A stretch of DNA of 64,000 bases, from positions 33,480,001 to 33,544,000 of the forward strand of contig CATNEN010000038.1 of the NCBI GenBank assembly GCA_950097015.1. Direction: 5' to 3'. Below, in pieces: positions 1 to 11,758 of the stretch (position 1 is the stretch's first letter; every line of letters begins with the position of its first letter). This DNA comes from Macrostomum hystrix. Taxonomy: Eukaryota > Animalia > Platyhelminthes. The position numbers and the translations under genes are program-made. The notes beneath the pieces were generated by a model. It had not been told where the DNA came from, did no database searches, and saw nothing but the letters and a program-made list of their open reading frames with translations.

Positions 1-914
1 GGCATGGAGAGTGTAATCGGACTGCCAAGTAACATTGGAATGCTTTTTGATGTTTCTGTCACAGTTGCTTATTCAAACAAAGCTCTCGCGGAGTGTGTGT
101 CTCCTTTCAATTAGCAACGATCATGCTCTCTGTTTCTAAGCTAGCGCAGATCGTCCAGCAATACGGAAGCAACGAGCCAATTCAGAGCTACAGACGGAGT
201 CCGAAAGCTCCCAGATTTCTCATTCTAATCATTGTACCTGTTAGTAGTGTCTTGGCTAATTATCTGTTTTCAAAGTTTATTTTTAAGAACTTTTCGAATG
301 TCACTCGCGCTGCAGATGCAGCGAACTGTCTTAATTACCTTCTGAAACCGAATACAAGTTGTGGAGTGCTTACAAAATTCTATGTTTGTAAATTAAAAAT
401 CCATTGTGGCGACTGCCCATCCAGGAAGCAACACTCCGCAATTCAGAAGCACCGACTAATTCCTTAAAAGCAGAGTAGAAGCTGAAGATATAACTGAATG
501 ATATTTTTTGTTTTTTCAATGCGTTATTGGGTAATACGAGATTAATTTCTAATGACATTTCAAACAGAAGCCTCAATGCTTTTGTTATTAACAGTTTGTT
601 AGCTTGATTCCATTACAAGTCAGCACACATTGGCGACACCTCTAATAATAATATGAATACTAATAATTGCTATATTATTTGAGCAATAGATATAGCTTGA
701 CTCTCGTGAAGAATTGTCAATAAGATGTCTACTTATTCTCTTCATAAAAATTTGAGGTGTGCGAAGCAAACTAGTAATCAATAATGTGATTTCCCGTGCA
801 CTTGCGTCTGCTAACGAATGCTTTAAAACAGCTACTGTAGTTTATTTGAGTATTTTCTCAACAAAAGCCCGCTTCCCATTAATGGGAATTCCCATCATTA
901 AGTTCCCAGAATTC

Positions 915-1940
915 CCACCCACTGCCAACTAGCACCAACCACTGCCAACTAGCACCACCCACTGCCAACTAGCACCACCCACTGCCAACTAGCACCACCC
1001 ACTGCCAACTAGCACCACCCACTGCCAAATAGCACCACCCACTGCCAACTAGCACCACCCACTGCCAACTAGCACCACCCACTGCCAACTAGCACCACCC
1101 ACTGCTAACTAGCACCACCCACTGCCAACTAGCACCACCCACTGCCAACTAGCACCACCCACTGCCAACTAGCACCACCCACTGCCAACTAGCACCACCC
1201 ACTGCCAACTAGCACCACCCACTGCCAACTAGCACCACCCACTGCCAACTAGCACCACCCACTGCCAAATAGCACCACCCACTGCCAACTAGCACCACCC
1301 ACTGCCAACTAGCACCACCCACTGCCAACTAGCACCACCCACTGCCAACTAGCACCACCCACTGCCAAATAGCACCACCCACTGCCAACTAGCACCACCC
1401 ACTGCAAACTAGCACCACCCACTGCCAACTAGCACCACCCACTGCCAACTAGCACCACCCACTGCCAACTAGCACCACCCACTGCCAACTAGCACCACCC
1501 ACTGCCAAATAGCACCACCCACTGCCAACTAGCACCACCCACTGCCAACTAGCACCACCCACTGCCAACTAGCACCACCCACTGCCAACTAGCACCACCC
1601 ACTGCCAACTAGCACCACCCACTGCCAACTAGCACCACCCACTGCCAACTAGCACCACCCACTGCCAACTAGCACCACCCACTGCCAACTAGCACCACCC
1701 ACTGCCAAATAGCACCACCCACTGCCAACTAGCACCACCCACTGCCAACTAGCACCACCCACTGCCAACTAGCACCACCCACTGCCAACTAGCACCACCC
1801 ACTGCCAACTAGCACCACCCACTGCCAACTAGCACCACCCACTGCCAACTAGCACCACCCACTGCCAAATAGCATCACCCACTGCCAACTAGCACCACCC
1901 ACTGCCAACTAGCACCACCCACTGCCAACTAGCATCACCA
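915..1940. repeat. 20-bp minisatellite (CCACCCACTGCCAACTAGCA)n, ~51 copies
   Basis: Directly visible near-perfect tandem array; inverted shorter copy at 32100-32427. Confidence 0.98.
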
Positions 1941-2292
1941 ATGCGCGTGATAGCTGAAAAAAACTTCAGCGGATACAACTATAGATTCGTATAGGAAACA
2001 AGGTGACAAACATTTTAATAGCATGATTCAATGAGAGCTGATGCAACGCGATGGACAGCGCTTGAGAAATATTGATAGCAGAAAACATTTCTCACTGAAT
2101 TGAGTCGACATGTTTAAATGCATACTTCAAGTCCATCAAGACGGCGTGCAAGAGAGGAAATTAGCTTCAAGTACTGTGCATTAGTTGGTAAAGAGACTTT
2201 CAATTAGAAGCTTTTAGATTTTTAAACTGTTGCCAATAAAAATGCATGTCGTAATATCGGATCTAGAAATTCCTCTCTACCGAAAGCAAGAA

Positions 2293-3231
2293 ATGACTGC
2301 CCATTTTTGCCACGACAGAATCAGTCTCATCCTGCTGCTAATGCTAACGCTCGTAGCTGTGATAGACTCATCTACTGCGAAGGTGATGAACAAGGTGAGG
2401 GCTCATGGACTGACAGTCGAATCATCTAAGTCTCAGCAGCTTCTGACCTATGGTGCGTTGAGCCTCGTGAGCTGCGTGTCGGCCGCTCTGTCCTCCGAGT
2501 CCCAGGAGCCGTCCCGGGCTCCCGTGGCCGAGTTCGACGAGAGCTCCGGCAGCTGCAGGCGACTCGGCCAGCCGATGTTCGCCAACCATTCGCCAGCCGT
2601 GCAGCAGCCTGCTGTGAAGCTGTACGCGAGCTCACGCATCGGAGAGCCCAGACTCGCTCTGTTCTCCATCAAGGCCGGATCGGGAGTCTCTGCGAGGTCG
2701 CTCTACTCGACTCCCGTCGCCGACTGCGGCGCCGGAGGCTTCCTCATGCTGTGGCCGGACTCCGTGCCTCAGGTGGCCAGCTATCGATCGTGCTGGATCG
2801 ATCGACTGACGCAGCTCACCCAGCTGACTGAGCTGATGCCGCGTCGGCAGCTGATCGTCGAGCTGCTGGCCTCATCCGGAGCGAGACTGCTCAGGATCGT
2901 GTTCGACGCGAGCTTCGGCACGAACTGGTTCAGCAAGGCGGCTGTGCTCAGCAGCGAGCCCGACCTCGGCTTGAAGACCGTAACGTACAACTACTTCAGC
3001 ATCGCTGGCTATACAAACCTGAAGGACAACGCAAACAGGGCCTTCTATATCAGCACGCATCACCGAGCCTGCCCCTCTGACAAGGGCTTGCTTGTGATTA
3101 TTGAAAACACTATCGACCCCTGCAGCTGGGCTCGGGTGCCCGCTGCTCCCGGCATCTTCTGCAACCTGGTCCTTGACGAGTGGGGCACCAACAAGCTGGC
3201 AGCTGACTACTTGGTGGTCTTCATCGCCTGA
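2293..3231 (+). CDS. Modular secreted protein family, copy 1 (N-module A + shared core + C-module X)
   Basis: Intronless ORF; ATG 2293 (alternative 2242) precedes hydrophobic signal peptide ISLILLLMLTLVAV; core 2461-2960 near-identical to six other copies; AATAAA at 3245. Confidence 0.85.
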   Translation: MTAHFCHDRISLILLLMLTLVAVIDSSTAKVMNKVRAHGLTVESSKSQQLLTYGALSLVSCVSAALSSESQEPSRAPVAEFDESSGSCRRLGQPMFANHSPAVQQPAVKLYASSRIGEPRLALFSIKAGSGVSARSLYSTPVADCGAGGFLMLWPDSVPQVASYRSCWIDRLTQLTQLTELMPRRQLIVELLASSGARLLRIVFDASFGTNWFSKAAVLSSEPDLGLKTVTYNYFSIAGYTNLKDNANRAFYISTHHRACPSDKGLLVIIENTIDPCSWARVPAAPGIFCNLVLDEWGTNKLAADYLVVFIA

Positions 3232-3585
3232 TGGCAAATTTTCCAATAAAAGCTTTTGATTAACATCTTCGCAATGAATTGGCCAGTCATGTTCGAGAAT
3301 GTTCTGCTAATATGCTAGCAAAGTCGTTTTTATGCCCCTGGCCTTTAAGCTTCAGCCCTTTAAGTATAAAATATTCTGCGTTACGTGTACGCAGAGAGTG
3401 AGTACAAGTGACAGTAAAACCAGAGTTACAAAAAAATGGTGGTTGTCCTTCTGTTTGATTTTTCTCAATGTCGATCGTTTTAATCGTCTTAGGCAAATTT
3501 TTCTTTTTCTTGCCAATTTCAATGATTTCACCCCCGAACGTTACATGCATTAAAAAAAGGCTTCGTTTCTGGAATGCAAGAATTA

Positions 3586-4179
3586 TCATAAAAAACTATG
3601 AAAAAGTCGATGCGGCATCAGCTGGGTGAGTTGCGTCAGTCGATCGATCCAGCACGATCGATAGCTGGCCACCTGAGGCACGGAGTCCGGCCACAGCATG
3701 AGGAAGCCTCCAGCGCCGCAGTCGGCGACGGGAGTCGAGTAGAGCGACCTCGCAGAGACTCCCGATCCGGCCTTGATGGAGAACAGAGCGAGTCTGGGCT
3801 CTCCGATGCGTGAGCTCGCGTACAGCTTCACAGCAGGCTGCTGCACGGCTGGCGAATGGTTGGCGAACATCGGCTGGCCGAGTCGCCTGCAGCTGCCGGA
3901 GCTCTCGTTCAGTTCCACGATCTCGGAGGCGTCAGCTCTCAGAATCGCAGCTGCGAGCAGGCAGGTGGCGAGGTCAGTTGTTTGAGTGACCTGTTGCTCA
4001 GAATGAGACTTCACAATGGCGAGCTCACGATTCAACAGGACTGGCGTCATCTTGCCACATTGTAGGGCTTGAGCTGCCTGTAACTGCAACAGCAGCAACA
4101 GCAGCGCGGTCACCATGGAGACATTCTGGATGTTGGACTGCTTAATATTTAAGCTGATATGTACTACTGCCTCGGACAT
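3586..4179 (-). pseudogene. Modular secreted protein family, copy 2 (unique N-module, core truncated, no C-module)
   Basis: Signal peptide MVTALLLLLLQLQAAQA; core homology 3612-3911 stops after LTQLMP and runs into AT-rich sequence with a stop. Confidence 0.75.
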
Positions 4180-5400
4180 GTAGATTTATCGGAATTTCGG
4201 CATGGGACGCGCCGCAAGTGTTCAGCCCAAGGACTGTAACTACTAAGGTGTTGTTCAGTAGTATCCTAGGTTCAGCTATTCTTCATGAACAGCGCAATCG
4301 GTTGCTGACTTGAATTAAGAGTTAAATTTAAGGAAACAATTAATTACAAAACATTAGCTGTTATGTATTGTTGAGGAAATGGCTATGTAAGGTAGTGGAA
4401 TACCTTACAATCGTGTATTTCCTGTTAAGGTGATAGATTTGAATTGTTTTAAAAAAAATAATTGAGACAGGTTTTAGCGTCTGACGTTTTATTCACAATG
4501 TTAATGCGCAACGCAAGATTCACATTAGTTAGTAAACTGCAGGAAATAATTTGTATACTTAAATAAGTATTAATATAAAATTATTTATTTGTAAATAAAA
4601 CATGCCATATAAAAAACAAACTCTTCTTAGAACAACAATCTTATGCCAGAAACTTTCGTGTTTCGTGATTTCTAGACTATGGAATCTCCAGAAACATTTA
4701 CAGACAAAAGAATGCCATTTATAACAATAGACCACTTTAGTATTTCAAATACATGAATTTTCCATTTTTCAGTATCTTCAAAAATATTCAACTAATCATC
4801 ATCAAAATAAAAAAAACGAGCTGAAATTTTCGCTCTATGCTACGAAACAACTTACAGAAACTGAAAACATTCGGCGCCTTGTAACTAACTCGTATATCGG
4901 GCATAACTGTTGGTTATATTGTTAATTATTGTATATTAAACCAATATCAATTCATCAGAAAAATGCTTATAAAGAGCAATATGTTAGTTGTATATAAATA
5001 GAGAGGCGAGAATCAACATTTAACGACGCGTTTCGCACAACAGTGTGCATCTTCAACTTTATTTTTAACGAATATAGCAAGTAGAGAAGTGAATAAATAT
5101 GAGATTTTTGCGTGTAAATTTAATCAATATTTTAATATTTTCAGTACATATTTGATAGTACTCCTCAGAGTAAACAAAGTAATCAAGAGAGTGAACTTTT
5201 TATGCGTATTACGAGTAACTCTTGTATAACTTTACGCTCGTACATGCATTAACTAGACGATCTATAAATGTAAAATGGTACTGATCGAGTTGACAAATCT
5301 ACCTTTGAATTTTAAATTACGCCAGCTTTCCTGGAAGTTAAGGCAAAACTTTCTCGTGTGCATCTAGTAGAACGCTGTAAAACTTTTTTTCGATCAGCAG

Positions 5401-5745
5401 TCAAGCAGTCTCGTCACAGCAGTACAGCAGGCTATTACTATATTCAACACCAACAATATCCGGAGCCGTCGAGACTCTAGGACCTACGCCAGCAGGTCCT
5501 TCAGCTTGGCCGGATGGATGATTGACTACTGCTGATCGCAAATGCTCCTGATCTTCAATGCGTCGTATCAGTCTCACCTGATCTCTGTGAATGTTATAGA
5601 CACATAATTTTAGTTCAGCAAAGGTAATACAATTCTTATTAAGTGTACCTGTTGTTAGTTGGTAACAAAAACTGCCGTTGAAGTCCACTATCACTTTCGG
5701 AGTTCGAATCAGAATTAGATCTCCTCTCTGTGTCAGCGAATGCAC
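5401..5745 (-). CDS. Probable terminal exon of an uncharacterised gene
   Basis: ttttctcag acceptor immediately before a 114-codon open frame; phase does not directly match the 6764 donor, so an intervening exon (possibly near 6670) is needed. Confidence 0.4.
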   Translation of the reverse strand: MHSLTQRGDLILIRTPKVIVDFNGSFCYQLTTGTLNKNCITFAELKLCVYNIHRDQVRLIRRIEDQEHLRSAVVNHPSGQAEGPAGVGPRVSTAPDIVGVEYSNSLLYCCDETA

Positions 5746-6238
5746 CTGAGAAAATTTATGACTTACGTTATGTCATAATTAGATAAAAAACTGTTCCGTA
5801 TGTATAGTACAATGGTAGAAGTGTGCATATGCGTTCATACACATATATCTAAGAAGTGGACTTAAGTAGGATACACAAAACTACCTAAACCCATCTGATA
5901 TAGATTTAGTAACATACAAGTATTTTACATCCCGTATACATAATCTGTGGATTTAGTCGTCCTTAGAGCTAGACTCAGCTGAAAATAGGGCTTTAAACGC
6001 GGTCACTCGATCGCGTCCCTTTATGTACTTTTGGTGTCGGCCATAGATAAAACGATGACTGCGGTCATTTTTCGATGGCGAAAGGATTGCATAAGGATTA
6101 TTGCGTACCGCTCATAGTTATCCTAAAAAATTGAGCATAGACGAAGTTTCAGTATTTTGTATAAGCACGCTTAGGCCTCGTTTAGGCCATAGAATAATGC
6201 GCTTGTGTAGTACGTCTTAGCCTTGAATAATAGTATAT

Positions 6239-6333
6239 TATTACCCAGGCTTTCAGGGCGATAATGGGAAAGCCAGAGGGCGCCGAAGGCGCCCGAGGGA
6301 TTTCTCATTATCGCCCGCAAAGCCTGGGTAATA
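6239..6333. repeat. ~95-bp imperfect palindrome (hairpin with GCC-GAA-GGC apex)
   Basis: TATTACCCAGGCTTT..GGGCGATAATGGGAAA..GGGCGCC GAA GGCGCCC..TTTCTCATTATCGCCC..AAAGCCTGGGTAATA. Confidence 0.9.
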
Positions 6334-6763
6334 CTGTGATTGTACCATAGACTATGTGGCTTATAGTATGTGGCTATACGTTAAAATACACAAAAATAAT
6401 CCATTATCGGCCCAACTTTTCGGGCCAAAATGACATCGTCTATGGCAATAATCGAATATCAGCCCGCCCGATAGCCACGTAGTCATGGTACAATGATCGC
6501 TGCCACGAGTACAGTCGCCACCATTTGTGTGCCTCTTTCCTCAGAATGCGGTCTTTTGCATGAGACCGGAAAACACCGTCGTGAGTCAATGACCATATGG
6601 CAGTTCCCTTAACTTTGCTTAACATTAATGCTATATTAATAGAATTACATCGAAATATATTAAGGAGCTCTGAAAACAAGCTTTAGTATTTCATAGATAG
6701 AGAATTGTCTCTTAGGGGATATAGCTGAATTTAAAAAATCTGTGAAAATCAACAATAGCTAAC

Positions 6764-7421
6764 CATTTGAGCTTCCAGATTCGCTGCTATCCGTCAAAGA
6801 GGCGCTAGGTGACGAATGCGACGAAAGGCGCTCAGTTGCAGCTGGATCAACGCACATATATTGGCCTCCAGCAACGTCAGTGTTAGGAGCCAAGTTAGAA
6901 GAATCAGGAGATTGCTCATGCAATGTTTCCTCCCCACTCTCTAGTTGTCCGTCAGCTCTTGCTGCCAATAAAGAGCCTTCACGCTGCTGCTGCTGCTGCT
7001 GACAGTCGCTGATAGCCATTGGGTTCTGTGCGGATCCAGGGTTAAAATGAAGATCCGATGATGGGTCCTGGGAAAACAGCTGTGACTCTGTATTGCTCCG
7101 GTATGCACTGTCCGTAGTAGATGCGCCCTGCTGGCGTCCAGTCTTGGTCCTGAGTTCCGGATCCAGACTTTGTGTCTGGTTAGACAAGTGCTGGGAGTCG
7201 CGAGCTCGAATTTGAGACTCCGTCCTGCTCTTGTATGCGCTATTGTAAGCACTGTCTGTAACTGCCGTATCATTTCCCTGGCGCCCAGTTTTGTCTCTTA
7301 GTTTCGGATTGGATTCTTGCTTTGGCTGATCGGCGTCCATTCTCACTGCGCCTGCCTGCATCATCGGCTGGCTGGGAGACTGCTGGCCCAGGCTCTCGAC
7401 GGAGTCGTTCTTATTGTTCAT
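6764..7421 (-). CDS. Probable first coding exon of an uncharacterised S/Q-rich disordered protein
   Basis: ATG-initiated 220-codon ORF in an AT-rich background, polyQ, internal duplicated motif KTGRQ..TDSAY.S.TESQ, GTTAG donor at 6763. Confidence 0.55.
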
Positions 7422-7865
7422 GAGGACACGGTCTAAATGGGTTTGAGTTCTTAGTAAAAACTTTATAAGTCAATAATACTCTTGTGAATACTTTTTCGTC
7501 GGATGCTTGCTTTATCATAGCATTTTAAGTTTTCCGCAGTTTCAAGGATGGAGAATAAATTTATTAAAATATTTTTAGCATCACGGCAATGGTTTCGCAT
7601 GAAAAAAGATTAGGATGGCTCGGCTCGCTGGGTAAGACAATTTTTCCACTTGGTAAAAGCTCGATCTGTGTGCGAGCATTAACAACAAAAAACACATCTG
7701 TACAGATATTCGCTCGTAGCCAGTACAATTATAGCTGTACTCAAAAGATGTCCTATTGTAAGTAAGCAATCTTTAGGCAATTTTACATTGCAAGAAATGT
7801 GCACACTGACGCGCAGTCGGTATATTTCATTACAGCGATTAGATAGAAATATTATAGAAGCATAA

Positions 7866-8057
7866 AAGGTCCCTGAGCTCGATTCCGTGGCGAGGCCACA
7901 TTAATTTGGGCCAGCCATTTTCAAGGCACAGTGAGGTTGCACACTGCCTGTCAATCAGAAGGTCACGTGTACATCTTAGTGGAGTGCGTATCTGCTGCAT
8001 GCTTGCATGCGTGAGTTGAAGAATGAGCAGAACTGCCTCTCGCTTGTTGCGGGTCTA
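7866..8057 (+). mobile_element. Degenerate copy of tRNA-derived SINE family 1
   Basis: AAGGTCCCTGAGCTCGATTCCGTGGCGAGGCCACATT head and GCAGAACTGCCTCTCGCT 3' part shared with fuller copies. Confidence 0.75.
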
Positions 8058-11000
8058 TATGCTGCATGCAGTCATGCCAATTGATGTCCCAGTTCCACAG
8101 CCTTCCCGCGAATAATGTTTTTATAGCTTAGTTATCCTGATGTCTTTCTCATGGCTGAGTAGGAGTATAGCTCACGAGGAAACAGCGCTTGTACCAGTGT
8201 CTGCTGCCCCCTTTATTCCTGCCAGGGCCGCCTCGAAAACCCGGAGATAAACAAGCAGCTGGTGCCTGACGATCATCGTCAGCGATGCTAGCGATGGATA
8301 ACATACCGTCTGCCATCGAGAGCCCATGCAGACAGCAGCAGTGCTACTCAGCTAGCTATGCAGTTATGGGCGGACGGTGCGACCCGTTTCTCCAGGCTTT
8401 GTAACACCTACACATGATACACACTTGGTTCAATCAAGCGCAACTGCAAAAATGGACTACTAAACGTCTCATCTCACTAAGACGAGCTGAACGCCCGCAT
8501 TCGCGATGTGCTCGTGGCAAAGGCCACTAGGAGTGTGGTCGTTGGCGATCGCGGCGAGGCGGATTTTCCTTCCGTACTCGAACCCATGAGCCTGGTGGCA
8601 CGTGATTTGCTGTGGTTTGACGGCATGACGGTCGCGTCGTTGGAGGGCCTGCTGGGATGATGACCTGGGACATTCAATTTAAACCTGCGCCCTAAGTAAT
8701 CTGCCCACCTTTCGTCGTCGCTGCTCGGGCCGCAGCTGCCGCGACCGAGGCGAGAAGGCCACGAAGCTGTGCGGGAACTGGGCCCTACGAGCTAGGCAAT
8801 GATATCCGGTTGAAGCCCTTGATAAAATTGTCCACGCACTAAACTGCCATTTTATGAATTAATAATACAATCAAGAAGAATGCGTTCACTTCGTTGAAAC
8901 ACATTTGCAATTTTGCGTCGGATAACCAAAGTTTAAAACTAAATGTTAATTTTATTATTGCATAATTTGATTGAGCTAAACTCGCAATTTTAATGAGGTA
9001 CCCTACTTTCCCTATTAAAATTGAATGATCGAGTTGAACGAGGCCATATGCCATTTATTGTATGAAGCCCGCGCGGCCTTATTTGTTGGATATGCGCTCG
9101 TAAATTTTAATTTTCCGGATGCAACGCCGCTTTTTTTTAAATTGAACAATCCCGCATAGTTAAAGTTACTGTAACTGTAGCCACCAAATTATTTTCTATC
9201 TATTATTAGGCCGAGCTAAAAAATACCTTGGCCGTGCACTTTAATTCTTCCTCTAAATAAGAAAAAACTCCACATTGTTATAAAAATATAAAAACAGGCC
9301 TAACAAAATATTCTATTTAACAATGATACTGCTTAAGCCTTAGGCTTAGTTGCCTAATTTCTTTCTGTGCTCCTATTGATTAGGCCTAGTCACTACCAGT
9401 GTAAAAACAATACAGGGTCCACTTAAAATTTGCCTGTTAAACCAAATTCGGTGGAAACTATGGAATATGATCTACAATTTTTTATGTATATTTTTATGTG
9501 GAATATGATATACAACAGTGACAACACTAGTGTGAAAGCTTAACTAAGCTTAACATTACCCCAATTTATGGGAAAACAAACAAGTACCCCATAGATCTCA
9601 TTTACTTTTTTATCATTAGGCCTAGCTAATCACAATTTCCCAATTTTATAGTTAGGCCCTAAATTAGTCATCTACTGGCTTAGCTAGGCCCTAACATAGG
9701 TTAAAAACCAAGCATAGGACATAGGCATAGCCACATTTCACATAGGTGGTTAGGCCTATCCATTTCAAATGGATAATATCCTTTATCTAAGTTCTAGGCC
9801 TAACTACTTGCTCTTGTTTTTGGGCTCTTTTATACTAATTTATGCCTCTGCTGTATATATCTATGGTAACCAGTATAACACTTATTATTTAGAAATTAGA
9901 GTAGATTTTACTCATCTGGATTCTGGTAGGGCCTAGCATGTAAGTGTCCAAGCGGCAATACACTATTGACACAAATAGCTCATATGTATATTATTTGCAC
10001 TGGTTAGGCTTTTTTGACAGTCTTATTAATTTCTAGTCCCACTATAGGGCTACTAGTAGATGTCCAAGGTGTCCAATTGCACAAAGGCCTATAAACACCT
10101 TTTACAATTAGGAATCAGGGCCTACTCTTTATACACAATTTCCTTTATAGGTTTATAACATTAGGCCTAGGCCTATGCTCCTGTACTAGTGTTACATTGT
10201 CTCTCTAATTTAATGTAATATTAATATGCTAGTTAGAATTACATGCATTATTTTGTTTGTTCAGTTTTCATTTGTTCATTTATCATTTGTATCATTTATA
10301 GTATCATTTGTTCAGTTTTCCATTAATATTTATAATGGTTTTGTTTTAGTGTACTACATAGTCGTAGTTCGTTCGTATTCAAATGTGCTAATTAGGCCTT
10401 TCCAGGAAGGCTCCCTCTCCCCAGGCTTATTCTACAACTGAGTGCTGGTTGTTATTTTATCAGTGGCTAATTTGAACTGTAGCCGTAGCTATGTTTCAAG
10501 TGAAATCCATTGAGTAGCTCTGTAACCCATCTAAGATATAGCCAGCATTTGCTGTAAAGAGGCAGCTTAATTCAAAGGCCCAATTTATTGCATGAGAGTG
10601 CTTTCTGCTACAAGGTTTTGTAATGATTGATAATTTACCTTACTAATAAAATAAACTGAAACTTTGTAATACTAGGGCCAGGTAATTGAATAATAGGCCT
10701 ATAAGAAAATCCTACTGCTGTTACCAACATTGTTGTATGCCTAACTTTTAGTAAAGCATTGATCCTAATGATGCCACCAAAGTTGTCCTAGTGCTAATTA
10801 CTATTCAAAATTTACTTTCACAATGTTGTTGTATTTCTTAGTTTTTTAATATTCTACAAAAGTTGTTGTACAGTTTACTGTTTTACAGTTATTTGAATAT
10901 AGTGTCTAAGTAATTTCAATATTTTCTTAGAATTAGTCTCTGATAATTTATTTTATATATTTCAAAGAATTTCTTCATAGTGAGATAGGGCCCATGTTTT

Positions 11001-11758
11001 TACAATTCCTAGAAACCATTTTCTAAGAAAATTAGTTTTTTGTTGAACTTTATGTAAAATTTGTTTGAATGCACAAATTTGTTTAATCACACTGAAAATA
11101 AGAGGTTTTAATGAAGTCGCGGAGGTGAGGAGGAGGAGAAGTTTGAGTATAAATACACACAAGCAAAAGAGAGAAGAAATAACCCTCGTTTGAGATGGAG
11201 TTCAGAATAAAGAAAGCTTGAATCTTAAAGTGTTCGTAAAATAAATCTAAACATGTACATATATATGTTGTACACCTTTGTGGCTTTTGCTCTCTTATTA
11301 CTTACATTTTAATAAAGAATACTCCAACTTACAATAAATATGTAAATAGCTTGATTTAGAAATGTACTACAAGACTACAATTGTAGAAGACTACAAAATT
11401 TAACTGTAATATAATGAATACTATTAGATCAGTTGTTACTTAAGTCTTACTAAAGTGGTTATTACTGATGTGGCAAAGTGGACTATTAGCCTATCTACAT
11501 CTACTATGCCACTCTGAGTCATGACCAAGAATAAAGAATGCAGTACACTGGCATTTTATTTGACAATAAAAAACTCAAGGCATATGTTCACATCTGTGTC
11601 TGGTATTTGTGGTGTGTTTTTAGCAGAATGTGCAAAATTGCCTCTTACTGGCTGGCTGGCTGTGAATGACTGTGAATAAAAAGTATTAATTACAGTTTTA
11701 TCATAAATTTTTATGATAAACTTCAGACAGCCTGAAATACCTGAATCAACACAGAAAG

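Noticed and set aside
915-1940. Tandem arrays as CRISPR loci
   Set aside because: No unique spacers, no cas genes, eukaryotic context
2426-2990. Recurrent antisense ORFs (MMENRASLGSP..., MSSRTASQQ...) in every family copy
   Set aside because: Shadow frames of the GC-rich core; recurrence is explained by core identity
8452-8830. GC-rich coding-like stretch DELNARIRDVLVAK...
   Set aside because: Broken by stops and frameshifts with no recognisable family; possibly a decayed element
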